A stretch of 61,968 nt of DNA, counting the filler, from Mitosporidium daphniae (Eukaryota): assembly GCF_000760515.2 (NCBI RefSeq). It is 3 parts of 3 records of this genome, joined end to end, with 100 filler letters (N's around TTAATTAATTAA, not from the genome) between each part and the next. Parts side by side here need not be neighbours in the genome. Positions count along the whole stretch, not along the records: positions 41,734 to 61,968 come from NW_013546134.1; 2 more parts are not named here. The stretch is one strand, 5' to 3'. Under the pieces are notes generated by a model, which did no database searches, was not told where the DNA came from, and saw nothing but the letters and a program-made list of their open reading frames with translations. Within the stretch, counting starts at the first letter, position 1. Each line of letters begins with the position of its first letter. The translations under genes were made by a program, and so were the position numbers. Below are positions 43,073 to 53,829 of this stretch, piece after piece.

Positions 43073-45586
43073 ATGATGCTTTCAAAGGCATCAATTCCAT
43101 CTCCTTCTTCAGCAATTAAAGGGCCCACAACAAATGCAATGTCACCAAACATGGCAAATGCGAGTCAGGTAACCGGTTCTGGGAATGTGGCGCTGTGTAT
43201 TTCCACAGCGGCGGCCTTGCAGACCCACTCATCAAAAGCAGCAACGCTTTCCACTATAACACCACCCTCTTCAGCCGGTTGTTCTGGGGGCACGTCTAGC
43301 GCAGGAAGTCACAGCCCAATGATGCCCGCCTATCGATCATCAACAGAAGATGTCCCACCTTCAACAATGATGATGATGGATACTTCTGCCTCAACGGAAG
43401 AAGAGGGAAAATATTGGCATCTTCCCCATCAGGACACTGGATATCTCTCACCGCAGAATGGCGGCAGAGGACTTGATAGTACTAGAATGATGGCCAATAA
43501 TGAGAGCGCCTCTCCCTCTCTTACGTACCATAGAACTTATTCTACCCCAAATATCCATTACTCCTTTTCTCCAGAAACGACCATTTCAAATGGTGGCATA
43601 GGAGCGCAGAATTACCAACGCTTTGCAAACTACTATCAAAAGTCACCCAACAGTGGAGCCGGAATTGATGCCCCGCGACTTGGGCCCTCAAATGCCGCCC
43701 CACCAATGGGGACTGCATCCTCACATTCGGGCACCACCGCTGGATATAGTCCTCTCGCATTCACACATGAGCAACAGGCGCAATATTTGTATGCATTGTA
43801 CCACCAGCAGCTTCAAGCGCAAGTAAAAGAAGAGCAAGCCCAACGACTTATGATGTACAGTGGGTCGGGGTTTCCTCAGGACTCCCTCATGTATTACGCC
43901 GGTGGACGGCAAGCTCAGGCTACGATGGAATCCCCTACATCGACCTCTTCAGGGTCCAAAGTCAATAACGGATCGACATCTTCATCGCCAACTTCAAATT
44001 CTCCAACCATCGCTAAAAATGTTTCTCCTCAAGCACAACAAGAAATGCTCGGGATGGGATTTTCTTCCAATGGTCAACACGCTCATTATCCGCATTTTCG
44101 TTCTTCGACAGAATCAGCAGCATCTTCTTCCTCCTCCTCCTCTTCTGGTATCAGCACTCCCCCAAATTCTGGAAGTATGAGCTTCACTTCGTCTCCAGCC
44201 TCTTCCTCGATCATTCCTTCGAAAGAAAATATGATGATGATGGAGAACCCATCAGTAGGAGCAGGCGTTCACGGCGTGCAGCACCAACCAGCATCATCCA
44301 GCAGTACATCCTCACTCTTTAACCTCCATCATATGCCATATTCGTTTTATATGGGTGCTGGAGGGGCATCTCCAAGTTCCCAAATGGTGGGCGTACCACA
44401 GCAGCATTATGGGGCTAGCCAATTCTCTGCAGCCCAAAGTCAGTATTTTGGATCTTCACGTGGTGCAATAGTTACGCAACAACACCCCCAGCATCAGATG
44501 ATAAATGGATATCATCCGCAAAATTCTTCAGCCATCCATCCTATGGCGCATCATCCAATGATTTCTGTTGCACATCACCATTCAGCAGGCTCCGCCGCCT
44601 CTACAGCGAGCATCAAAATATGCTCAAATTGCGGATGCACATCGACGCCATCGTGGCGTCGTTGCCCCACAGGTAAACAACTGCTATGTAATGCCTGTGG
44701 CCTCTATCAAAAGCTCCACAACAAGCCGAGACCATTTTGTGTATTGGACGACGGCTCTGTTAAGGTGCAGCGAAATGCATTTCTCGAGGCAACCAGATGT
44801 GGCCATTGTAATACTACTGAAACGCCGCTCTGGCGCCGTGGCTCCAATGGACAATCACTTTGCAATGCATGCGGTCTCTATTTCAAGCAGCATCGCCAAT
44901 ACAGACCATCGTTGCCCAATACGGGATGGCTATCCACAGGCGGATATGATGCAGAAATAATGAACGGAGGGGCTAACATTGCAAACATGTCCAACGCGGG
45001 CTCTGGAATGAATAGCTCATCATCGCCAGCATATCAGCACTACCAGCACCATCAAGCGCAATCATCGCTTCACCACCAGCAGCAGTCGGCGTGGCTCGCG
45101 TCCGGAGCAGCAACTCCACTTGGCGGAGATGGAACATGCAGCCAATCTTCCTCATCTTCGTCTTCATCGTCCGGATTGCTTTTAGGCGCTGAAGATGAAA
45201 ATGTTGGAAACAGGGCAGAATTTCACCAACATGCCCATCTTCAGTCACCCCCAGAAAATCATGCTGAAGATCTTGTTGGAGATGATTCTTCAGCGCCGGC
45301 TAATGGGGCTAATTCTGTAAATTCTAACCAAGCTTCAAACCATGGCCACCACATGATGCTGGCGGCGCATGCCATGAGTCCGGAAGATGAGGCCGCCGTT
45401 TCTGCACTTGCCGAGCAAATGCTTGATGCCCAAGAGCTTTTTACACGGGAAGAGGACCCGAGTGTGCTTGCCGCCGTGGCCGCCGCCGCTGCTGCAGCAA
45501 AGATCCATCACTTTGAAAGAGGCGGGGTAGGTTTTGCTGCCGCCGACATAGAAGAGTCTGTTGTGGGAAATCCCGCCTCTTGCTGA
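43073..45586 (+). CDS. GATA transcription factor with two tandem zinc fingers
   Basis: CSNC-X18-CNAC and CGHC-X17-CNAC with TPSWRR/TPLWRR and GLY. Long S/Q/H/M-rich low-complexity regions. Confidence 0.93.
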   Translation: MMLSKASIPSPSSAIKGPTTNAMSPNMANASQVTGSGNVALCISTAAALQTHSSKAATLSTITPPSSAGCSGGTSSAGSHSPMMPAYRSSTEDVPPSTMMMMDTSASTEEEGKYWHLPHQDTGYLSPQNGGRGLDSTRMMANNESASPSLTYHRTYSTPNIHYSFSPETTISNGGIGAQNYQRFANYYQKSPNSGAGIDAPRLGPSNAAPPMGTASSHSGTTAGYSPLAFTHEQQAQYLYALYHQQLQAQVKEEQAQRLMMYSGSGFPQDSLMYYAGGRQAQATMESPTSTSSGSKVNNGSTSSSPTSNSPTIAKNVSPQAQQEMLGMGFSSNGQHAHYPHFRSSTESAASSSSSSSSGISTPPNSGSMSFTSSPASSSIIPSKENMMMMENPSVGAGVHGVQHQPASSSSTSSLFNLHHMPYSFYMGAGGASPSSQMVGVPQQHYGASQFSAAQSQYFGSSRGAIVTQQHPQHQMINGYHPQNSSAIHPMAHHPMISVAHHHSAGSAASTASIKICSNCGCTSTPSWRRCPTGKQLLCNACGLYQKLHNKPRPFCVLDDGSVKVQRNAFLEATRCGHCNTTETPLWRRGSNGQSLCNACGLYFKQHRQYRPSLPNTGWLSTGGYDAEIMNGGANIANMSNAGSGMNSSSSPAYQHYQHHQAQSSLHHQQQSAWLASGAATPLGGDGTCSQSSSSSSSSSGLLLGAEDENVGNRAEFHQHAHLQSPPENHAEDLVGDDSSAPANGANSVNSNQASNHGHHMMLAAHAMSPEDEAAVSALAEQMLDAQELFTREEDPSVLAAVAAAAAAAKIHHFERGGVGFAAADIEESVVGNPASC

Positions 45587-45872
45587 ATTGATAATTTTGT
45601 ACATATTCATGGTGGCGTTCTGCCCTGAATACCTCCAACCATTAATAGACTTATTAGACAAATGCTTTAGATTGTATGTAGGCAATATGCTATCAAAAGA
45701 ATAACTATTTTGACCCGATTTTGCTGATTATGCCAATGATGCCAATGATGAGCATTATGATCACATTGATTATGGTAGAATAAAGCAAGTCCCCAATCAG
45801 TATAATTGGAGAAAATGAATTTTTAAATTAAATTAGTCAATAGAAATTTCAAATTGCTCATATTTCCATCTC

Positions 45873-48800
45873 ATGCCTGTAGGCCGATCTGTCCTAATTT
45901 CGGACGCTGGGGGCTTTTTTGCCGCCTGGCTGGAGGCTGACGTTCCAGCCATTTTTTACAAAAAGTGCCCGCCAAATCATCAGAATGTATGTAGAATTGA
46001 TATTCGCCATGTGCCTCTTTTGATTAGCTCAAGTCTCAATAAGGTATGCCGTTTGATTTCATATGTAGATCGTAGCCATTGATGCGTTTGGTAATGCAGA
46101 AGCATTTTGCCTTGCAAATTCGACATTGAAAAATATCGGGACCTTTTGTCTGCCATCAACCGACACGCTGGCCTTGGAAATTGCAAGCCTCGATGAGGGT
46201 CTCAAAATCGCAATGCTTCATAGGCAAGCAGACAAGTTGATGCTATCAGATGCTACTTGGAGCTCCAACACTCTCAATGGGCACCGAGCCACAGTTTTAC
46301 CATCCCAAACACAGGGCCGCTTTCATTTGCGGCTTTTTGCTGATCATTTGCTCCTGTTTTCCCTGTTGTCGTCAAGTTTTTCAATCCTCAATTTGGCAGA
46401 TCCCTCTTTGAGATATCAAGATCCAATTACCTTCACACACCCTTCGGCAATACTGTGGGCATCCTTTATCAACGAAAATCTCATCTATGCAAACTTGGCA
46501 AACGGCTCCACGTGGATATGGGCTCTTTCGTATGCTCCATCTTTAAGATGTAACTTACTGCTAATAGCTGTTCTTGATACTGTTCAGGCTTCTCCTCCAA
46601 CTTTGATAAGAGATTTTTTCTTGTGGTCGCCCTTGTTCGTATCCTGTACTACAAATGAAGCCGCCGGAAATTTTGAGATCTTTCTTGTTAGGGGTGAAGA
46701 AAAAAAGAATGCCAATTCAATCACAATTTCATCGTGGAGAATCACTGTTTCTTCACATCAGGCCGACGAGTCAACGTATTCTTCTCAAGCATACCTTGCT
46801 GCGACCAATACCATTGAATTCCCACAATATTTTTGTGACTCAATATATGGCGCAATATCAAATTATGCCTTTTACCAAGCAGATTCTAATATGATCTTTA
46901 CGCTGATTTCATTTGTAGATGATCGCAAACTTTTCCTTGCGCAGCTTCAATTTAAGGAAAGCCAAATGCCTACCTCTGAACGCTCCAAAATTGTTCCACA
47001 GCTTTTCTTAGCTTGGTCTGACTTGCTCAACAGCACAAACAATGCTCTCCATGCAGATGCTCAGTTCAAATACTTTTTCACCAAAGGCGAAAATCAGTTA
47101 TTTTGTGCACTTAAAACGCTGGTGGATGGCAGAAACTCGCTTTTGGTTTGGGACAACGGTTGGATTTTTCTGTTTGAGTTTGGTTCTAATCATCTCGTTG
47201 GTTCTTTCAGTGAATCAAAATTTCTCTGGGTCATTGCATCAGACTCGATCGTTGTTTATGACAAGACTTGCTACGCGTTTTTGTCTAAAATCAATGTTTT
47301 GGTTTCTGATTCGATCCAGTACATAGGTCTGTACCATGGAGAGGTGTTATTGCTTGTCGATAAAGATTCCTCCATGTTTTTAATGATCGAAAAGGATGGC
47401 TCCCTACTGGTGCAGTCCCATTTTGATGATGACCAGTTTTCTTGCTTTTCTCCGCCCATTCCATGGCAAAAATACGGTGCGATAGTTCCCTTTCCAAGGT
47501 TTGGTTTTCGAATAGGTCTATTTTGCGATATGGATTTCATGAGTGCCATTGTTCTCACACGTGATGGCGTTGAAACGCAAAGATACAAAATCAATTGGCC
47601 TTGTTCGTATGATATGAAGGCATTACCTATAAAGACAATAGCAACAAGTCCTTTGACTGCAATCACACTTACATCTGCGCGATTGGACTTCGATGTGTTT
47701 TGGAGGTTCGACATCTTGACTTTGACCTACAATGGTTATGTCCTTCCAAAATCAGCGGATGATCTTTTGTTTTATTCTAATTTTGATTCTCTTCTTTTGC
47801 TCAATTCGCCATTGCATGCTGAGAACAAAGTGGTGTCTTCAGCTAGAATATTATTAACCCATCGTGCAAAAATCCCATCCACTTTTATTGTAAATTTCGA
47901 AAATGAAGTTCCTTTATCTTTTTCTGATCATGGTGCTTATGCTAGTAAGTCCCCTTTGCTTCAACTAAAACGAATCGATTGTACTGATGATACTGCACTG
48001 GAAATAGAAGAAAGCTGGGACATTTGTGAAATTGTCGGCTGGCATTCTATGTTTAGCTCTTTTAAGGAGTATTACGAAGCCTTTCTATTGCCCCTGTCTA
48101 AGATGGTCAAATCGTTCATCCCACCGATTGCAATTATTGCAACCAGTTCCAGCCATCAACGCTTTCACGCGGAATCTTTGCTTTTGGCGGATCAAAATGG
48201 CTCCAAATATGATACTCTTTTTGAGGAAGCCACTCACAACTTTGATTCGTTTCATTTTGAAAATACCAATGACGATGAAAATGATGAGTATCCAGACATT
48301 GAAAATGATATCGACACTGATCATTGGAGCATGTATAGTAAGGATGAACCATTCCTAGATGCAGCTGAAGAGAATAGAATATTATCGAATACTTTGTTAA
48401 AATGGATATCGATTTGTAGAAAAATAAAATCCGAGATATCTGAAATTGATGAGAGCGGAAAAAATTTTCTTGCCTGGGCCTGTGCTGTATGTCTTTTCAA
48501 AAAATTTGCCGATACTCTATCAGCAATGGACTATGTGGCCATTGGAAGTAGGTCAGATCATGTCTTCAAACTATTGCCTGTGCTTATCAAACTAGTGGGG
48601 CACAAGCTTAACTGGGCTTCTTATCTTGCATGCAAGCTCCCACTTTTGTATTATTTAAACTCGCCCGCAAATACTCAAGCATTTGGGGAAGAGGCTTTGA
48701 TGTTAGGAAAGCATCTTCTGTCTATCGACCAAAATGACCCAAGTTCGCCTCTTGTTAACTTATTCTTCATCGCGGCTAAAAAGCCAAAGCTATTGTCATC

Positions 48801-49442
48801 GCTATGGCGCACATGTGGAGCGACCTCATCGTTTTCCACCAAGCTTTGTAAAATCTATGACTCATTTGAACCTTCAAATCCGGATCATAACGGGCATATT
48901 GCCGTTAGGCAGGTGGCTTTGAAGAATGCATTTGCTTGCATGTCAAAGCACGAACATGCATTTGCAGCCACTTTATTTATCATCGGAGGTGACCATCATG
49001 CTGCTGCCAAGGCAGCAGATCGAATTTCACCCCTACTAAGCATTCTTGTCGCCGGTGCTCTACATACCCCATATATATCATCAAACACTAGCCTGATATC
49101 TTTACCTCTTAACACGCTGGTGATGGAATTTTTTGATCAACTAGACTCTGGGGACGTGCTATCTTGCATATACAAACTGCCACTTCTGACGAAATTTATC
49201 GACCTAAATTCTCAAACTGGCGTCAAAGAGCTGTTGTCATGTTGGATTGGGCCATTCAAACCATTAATCGTTGAAAAGGTACTTTTTTTCATAACTTTTA
49301 GATTACAAATGTCCGCAAAATATCACAATGGACTCCACAGATGAGGCTCAAGATTGGCCAAAATGTGACCACCGAATCGATCACAAAAGGGCTGCTTGCT
49401 TTGCTGGAGAGTCTTGATTGCCTTCCTCAAGATACTAGGTGA
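45873..49442 (+). CDS. RAV1: RAVE subunit Rav1 / rabconnectin-3alpha-like (5' exons unresolved)
   Basis: Beta-propeller-like N-terminal region. Rav1p_C motifs LNWASY, LFFIAAKKPKLLSSLWR, VALKNAFACMSKHEHAFAATLFIIGG. Last intron 49279-49301. Confidence 0.75.
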
Positions 49443-49593
49443 CTTTTTGGAGAACAAAAATTACACATGCGGGACTGCGTCACGCGCCATCAAAATGGTT
49501 GCATGTGGAAGTTGGCCCGTTTAGCAAATATAGACATGTAAACTACGGAAAATGCAGTAGCTAATTTTATGGTGTAATTTTTTCGACTTGTTT

Positions 49594-50518
49594 ATGAAAA
49601 TTTTACTCGTTCTGTCGGGCAAAGGTGGAGTGGGCAAAAGCACTTTTTGTGCAGCTCTAGCTGCAGTGCTATCGCTCAAGCAGGGGAAAAAAGTATTAAG
49701 AGTTGCTGATCCTAGATCGGAATACTGGATGCCGATTTATGTGGCCCATCGCTTCCAGGCCTATTTCCCCAAAATAACAGACCCATTTTGCAATCTCAAC
49801 AGGGGTACTCTGTTTTCTAGCTAATTTTTGTAGCTGGATTCCCCTCCCATGTGAGGAGATTGAAAATGGATCTATCCGTGTGATTTCAATAGGCTATTTG
49901 CTTTCTAACTCTTCTGATGCTATCGTTTGGCGGGGCCCCAAAAAGACAGGTTTGTGACAGTGTATGTCAGCCCAACCCCTGGAAATATAACCATTGCGTT
50001 CCATTTTATTTCCTTTAATTGCTGACTTTTAGCGATGTTGAAACAAATGTTCACCGGAGTCGCTTGGGGAGACTGTGATTTCCTTATTATTGATACCCCA
50101 CCGGGAACATCGGATGAGCATATCACTCTTGCCCAACTCTTGGCAGATGATGCTAGGTTTTTGGGCGCCATTGTTATCTCAACCCCTCAGGTAGGCAGCT
50201 TTCTCAAAATTGTGCTAGTTTGCGTCTCTTTCGGATGTCCAAAAGGAGCTGGAGTTTTGCAAGCTAGCCAATATCGCATGCATTGGGCTCGTCGAAAATA
50301 TGAGGGATGTCATTTGTGAGCATTGTGGGACTTGTACGTCAGTATTTGGGAGCGGGGAAGGCGTCTCATCTCTCGCTAGCCACTACGGCGTTCCTTTCCT
50401 TGGAAGCATTCCATTGGACCCCAAATCTCTACAAACGTCTTCTTCGCATTCTTTTATTACCAAATTCATAAGTTCAAGCGTCGTAGAGCAAGTAGAGGCA
50501 ATAGCATCATGCTTATAA
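49594..50518 (+). CDS. CFD1: Cytosolic Fe-S scaffold P-loop NTPase Cfd1/NUBP2, multi-exon
   Basis: VLSGKGGVGKST, DADLCGPS, IVWRGPKK, DFLIIDTPPGTSDEH, STPQ, VENM, CEHC. No N-terminal 4-Cys extension, so not Nbp35. Confidence 0.9.
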
Positions 50519-50543
50519 CAGAAGCTTTATTATAAACCAGTAT

Positions 50544-50873
50544 TTACAGGAAATAAATATACAAGAACACCAAAAGCGCAATGGAAAAGATAATCCCAGA
50601 ATAAAATAGTACACTGTCTTGCTTTGCCCTGAGGTCGATCCATCGAATAAGAGTTTGCGATACACCAAGCGAACTTGCCATGTCCAATGCGCGAGAACGT
50701 GCCCCTTTCAATACAGATCGCTGTTTCTTGAGTGCCGCAAGTGTTAGTGTTCCGGCTTCTAAATGGTCATCAAGGGCCTGTCCCATGTGAGCCAATCTAT
50801 CGCCCACGCGCACAGGCTTTTGATGATGGGATTTCTGATTGCCGTCAACTAAGGGAGTAGTAAATGTGCTCAT
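50544..50873 (-). CDS. BOS1: Bos1/membrin-type Qb-SNARE (SNARE motif + TM only)
   Basis: LDDHLEAG..TLAALKKQRSVLKGARSRALDMASSLGVSQTLIRWIDLRAKQD followed by a C-terminal TM matches the Bos1/GOSR2 C-terminus. Confidence 0.8.
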   Translation of the reverse strand: MSTFTTPLVDGNQKSHHQKPVRVGDRLAHMGQALDDHLEAGTLTLAALKKQRSVLKGARSRALDMASSLGVSQTLIRWIDLRAKQDSVLFYSGIIFSIALLVFLYIYFL

Positions 50874-50896
50874 ATTTGAACGGCAGGATGTTTAAC

Positions 50897-50952
50897 TTTA
50901 CAGGCTCTAAAAATCGTGAATTTGCAGACTCTAAAAATCGCGAATTTACAGG
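50897..50952. repeat. 24-bp imperfect tandem repeat (2.3 copies) upstream of BOS1
   Basis: tttacaggctctaaaaatcgtgaa / tttgcagactctaaaaatcgcgaa / tttacagg. Confidence 0.85.
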
Positions 50953-51050
50953 AACATTAAATTTATCAACGGCAACCCCCATTGGTGCCGGAAGTGCATA
51001 CAAAATTGTGGTTAAAATTCTATTTATTACGGGGAGGGGGTGTTCTTGAT

Positions 51051-51617
51051 TTAAAGTAAAGCTAGGATCAAAGCTGGGATAAAAAGAACAGTTCCAGTGA
51101 CCAGAGAATAAGCAGAGTTTTCATCCGGCGTATCAACTGTATTTAAGCTTGGCTTGCTTGCTGTATTCAAATAGGTGCTAATTTGGCTCATGAAAGAAGT
51201 GGAAATTCCATCAATAGTGGTGGTGATGGGAAGATTTAAAGTGGTTCCTGGCTTTGACGAAGCGCTGCTTTTGCTTGAGCTGGTGGACTCTGACATTGTT
51301 GTGTATGGCACAGTTTCTGTGGATGTGGGATAAACTGTCGGGTGCACGGTCTCCATGGAGGTAGGACGAATTATCGGCATTTCGGTTGCAGAATGTGTTG
51401 GAACCGGCTGTGCAGTGACGGTAACAACTTCCATTGCAGCCACGGTAAGAATGACTGGTTTAGGATTGTCAACAAACACGGTTACTGGCGCCGGTTCGAC
51501 GGTAACATATTTTACATCTTGTAATTGGACTGGGTTGGTCATTCTGAAATCATCAGCAAAAATTGGGCTTGCAAGGAGAAGTCCGGCAGCAGTGGTAGCA
51601 AATGTAATGGCCTTCAT
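51051..51617 (-). CDS. Secreted Ser/Thr/Pro-rich, probably GPI-anchored surface protein
   Basis: Signal peptide MKAITFATTAAGLLLASPIFA, mucin-like middle, omega-like NSA followed by a hydrophobic C-terminus. Confidence 0.75.
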   Translation of the reverse strand: MKAITFATTAAGLLLASPIFADDFRMTNPVQLQDVKYVTVEPAPVTVFVDNPKPVILTVAAMEVVTVTAQPVPTHSATEMPIIRPTSMETVHPTVYPTSTETVPYTTMSESTSSSKSSASSKPGTTLNLPITTTIDGISTSFMSQISTYLNTASKPSLNTVDTPDENSAYSLVTGTVLFIPALILALL

Positions 51618-51797
51618 TTGGGATAACTTTGCTTGGGTCTGAGGAGTATTTATCTCAGATCATTTGTATTCGATAAAAGACTCCATGGAAACATAAACAA
51701 ACAATAAACTGATTTGCATCATTTGGGATCAAAAATATAATTGAATTGTTTTAAAATTTACGATCGTATTTTGCATCCCGAGTTGTGGCAAATTTTA

Positions 51798-52836
51798 ATG
51801 TCTGACCTTTTTGACGAAAATTTATCGTCTCTCTACTCCGAATTCAATCGCATTCATTCGGCTATTTTCAACGACAATAATTTTAAGGCACTGTTTGTTA
51901 ATAAGGGGGTTTCCATGTCAACTGACACAGTTGACATTTGTAAATCTCTTGAAGCCCTATGGGTCAAGGTTAGAATCAATTTGTGCGCGGATTCAAAACC
52001 AAGCGACGGTGAGAATGCGTTGATGTAAGCCAGCCATTGTTATTCTGAAAATAGGCTGTTATGCATTCCGGCATATTTGGCCGTCCTCTTTGAAAATATT
52101 TGCGCAGACGGCTTTGCAAGAAGGGATGTACTGCAAGCTTCAAAGGTAATTGTCGACACCGTGCATATTTGTCGTAGAAATATTCGGAAACCTTCTTCAA
52201 GTATGTAGATAATCTTGGCCTGCTATTGGAAGAAATTGAGTACATTTATAAAGAAAATGGGTGTTTATCTAACGAGGATGGGGAGGCCCGAACAAAGGTT
52301 CGAAAAGCCGTGCAGCAACGAAATATGCGGATGTTTCTTCATAAGAAAACCTCGCTTCTCCTTGAAAGGCTTGGAGGGGAAATCCCCGTAAACCTTGACG
52401 AGGATGATCTTGCTATCACATGGCTTCATTATTTACAGGTCTTTCTATATTCTCGACAAACAATGCTGGATCAGGAGATACAATTGCTAGCCCATGAAAG
52501 CACCCAATCAGAAACTTATGCTAGGCCAATGTTTGTACACAAGATACCCTCAAGAGAGCAGATTAAATCGAAAGTTTTTACTGCTTCGCATAACCTACCG
52601 ACAATGACGATGTCAGAATTCATCAAAAAAGAAATGGAAATCGGAAATATAATAACTGGCACTCAAAATGCCCAAAATGCAGGTCCAGAACAAGAGCAGG
52701 ACGAAGATCTCGGCGAAGATCAAGACGAAGATATCCGCACATTGAGGCAATTAGATGAGTATCGGGATGGTATGTTTATTTCACCTAATTTGCAGACCAC
52801 CGACGGGGATCAGGGAACACCTTCAACAGAAGCTAA
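51798..52836 (+). CDS. TAP42: PP2A-associated protein Tap42/alpha4 (IGBP1), multi-exon
   Basis: REQIKSKVF...LPTMTMSEF, acidic stretch, LRQLDEYRD, then DHRRGSGN after an intron near 52770-52795. Confidence 0.88.
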
Positions 52837-52908
52837 GCTGTTGAACGCGGTCGCGTTTAATTAACAATTAAACATTGATCAATTGATTTGCGCCCATTAA
52901 TTTATTTT

Positions 52909-53739
52909 ATGTCTGCCATCACCAATGTGGAGCTGTTTCGGGAGTATAGCCTTTGGAAATATGTCAAGCAATATCTTCTATCCCCGCCTACCCCACTGGC
53001 CGTTGATCAATTGGATGCAATAGAGATGGATCTGCAATATAGCAAAATCATTCGCACCATCATTAAGGAGCCTTTTTCTCATTTTGACGTTTGTGCTTGT
53101 TGATGTAATGTGTAGATTTCCTGGATTGACAAGCTTGAAAAATACGCGATCCCAGCCATTTTCACGGTTATGCAATCTATTTCCCTCTTATCTTCAAACG
53201 CAAGTCTGGGTCAGCAGCTATTTTCTCTACACTGGGGAGACAAAGATGGCCAGCAGGTGGGCAGATCAAAGATGCTCGCTTTTATCTCGATAAAATACCT
53301 ACTTCCAATGCTCTTCCGTTCCTCAATTAGAAGGCTGTTAAGGATATCTTCATTTTTATTTAAAATCTCATTCCTTCTTTTTTCGCCGATCAAGCCAATG
53401 GGGGCAATTCTCGAAGCTGACTTCTTGGGGATGCAAATGAAAGCCAATAATGGACTATCGCTGCAGGGAACAAGTACATACGAAGTACTCAATAGGCAGC
53501 TTATATGGACAACCTTTACAGATTCGATTGGCTATTTTGTTGCAACGCTACATTCCATATTATGGTCCAGAAATACCGTCTTGAATTGCATCTGCAATGT
53601 CCAAAGTTCACCGCAAAAGCCCCTAATTCTTGGAAAGATTGGCAATTGTGGACACGTCATGTGCTTCTTGTGTAGCAAGCGGAGCACAAAATGTAGAACC
53701 TGCAATGGTGCTGTCGATACTTGGACTCGAATCAGATAA
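52909..53739 (+). CDS. PEX2: Peroxin Pex2 (RING E3 ligase)
   Basis: VDQLDAIEMD, ASLGQQLFSLHW, YEVLNRQLIWTTFTD and C-terminal CGHVMCFLC..CRTC match the Pex2 pattern (V.QLDA..LD; S.G..L..L.Y; FEYLNRQLVW..FTE; RING). Confidence 0.8.
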
Positions 53740-53829
53740 CTCTTTTAATTCTGGTCTTGACATGAGAGCCGACATAAGTTGCTCCAAAAACACGATTTTT
53801 GAATATTCAAAAATAGATGGCGAGCTTTC

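Noticed and set aside
46867..46875. GCCTTTTAC, the U5 snRNA loop I sequence
   Set aside because: It lies inside the RAV1 coding frame with no flanking stem; chance match.
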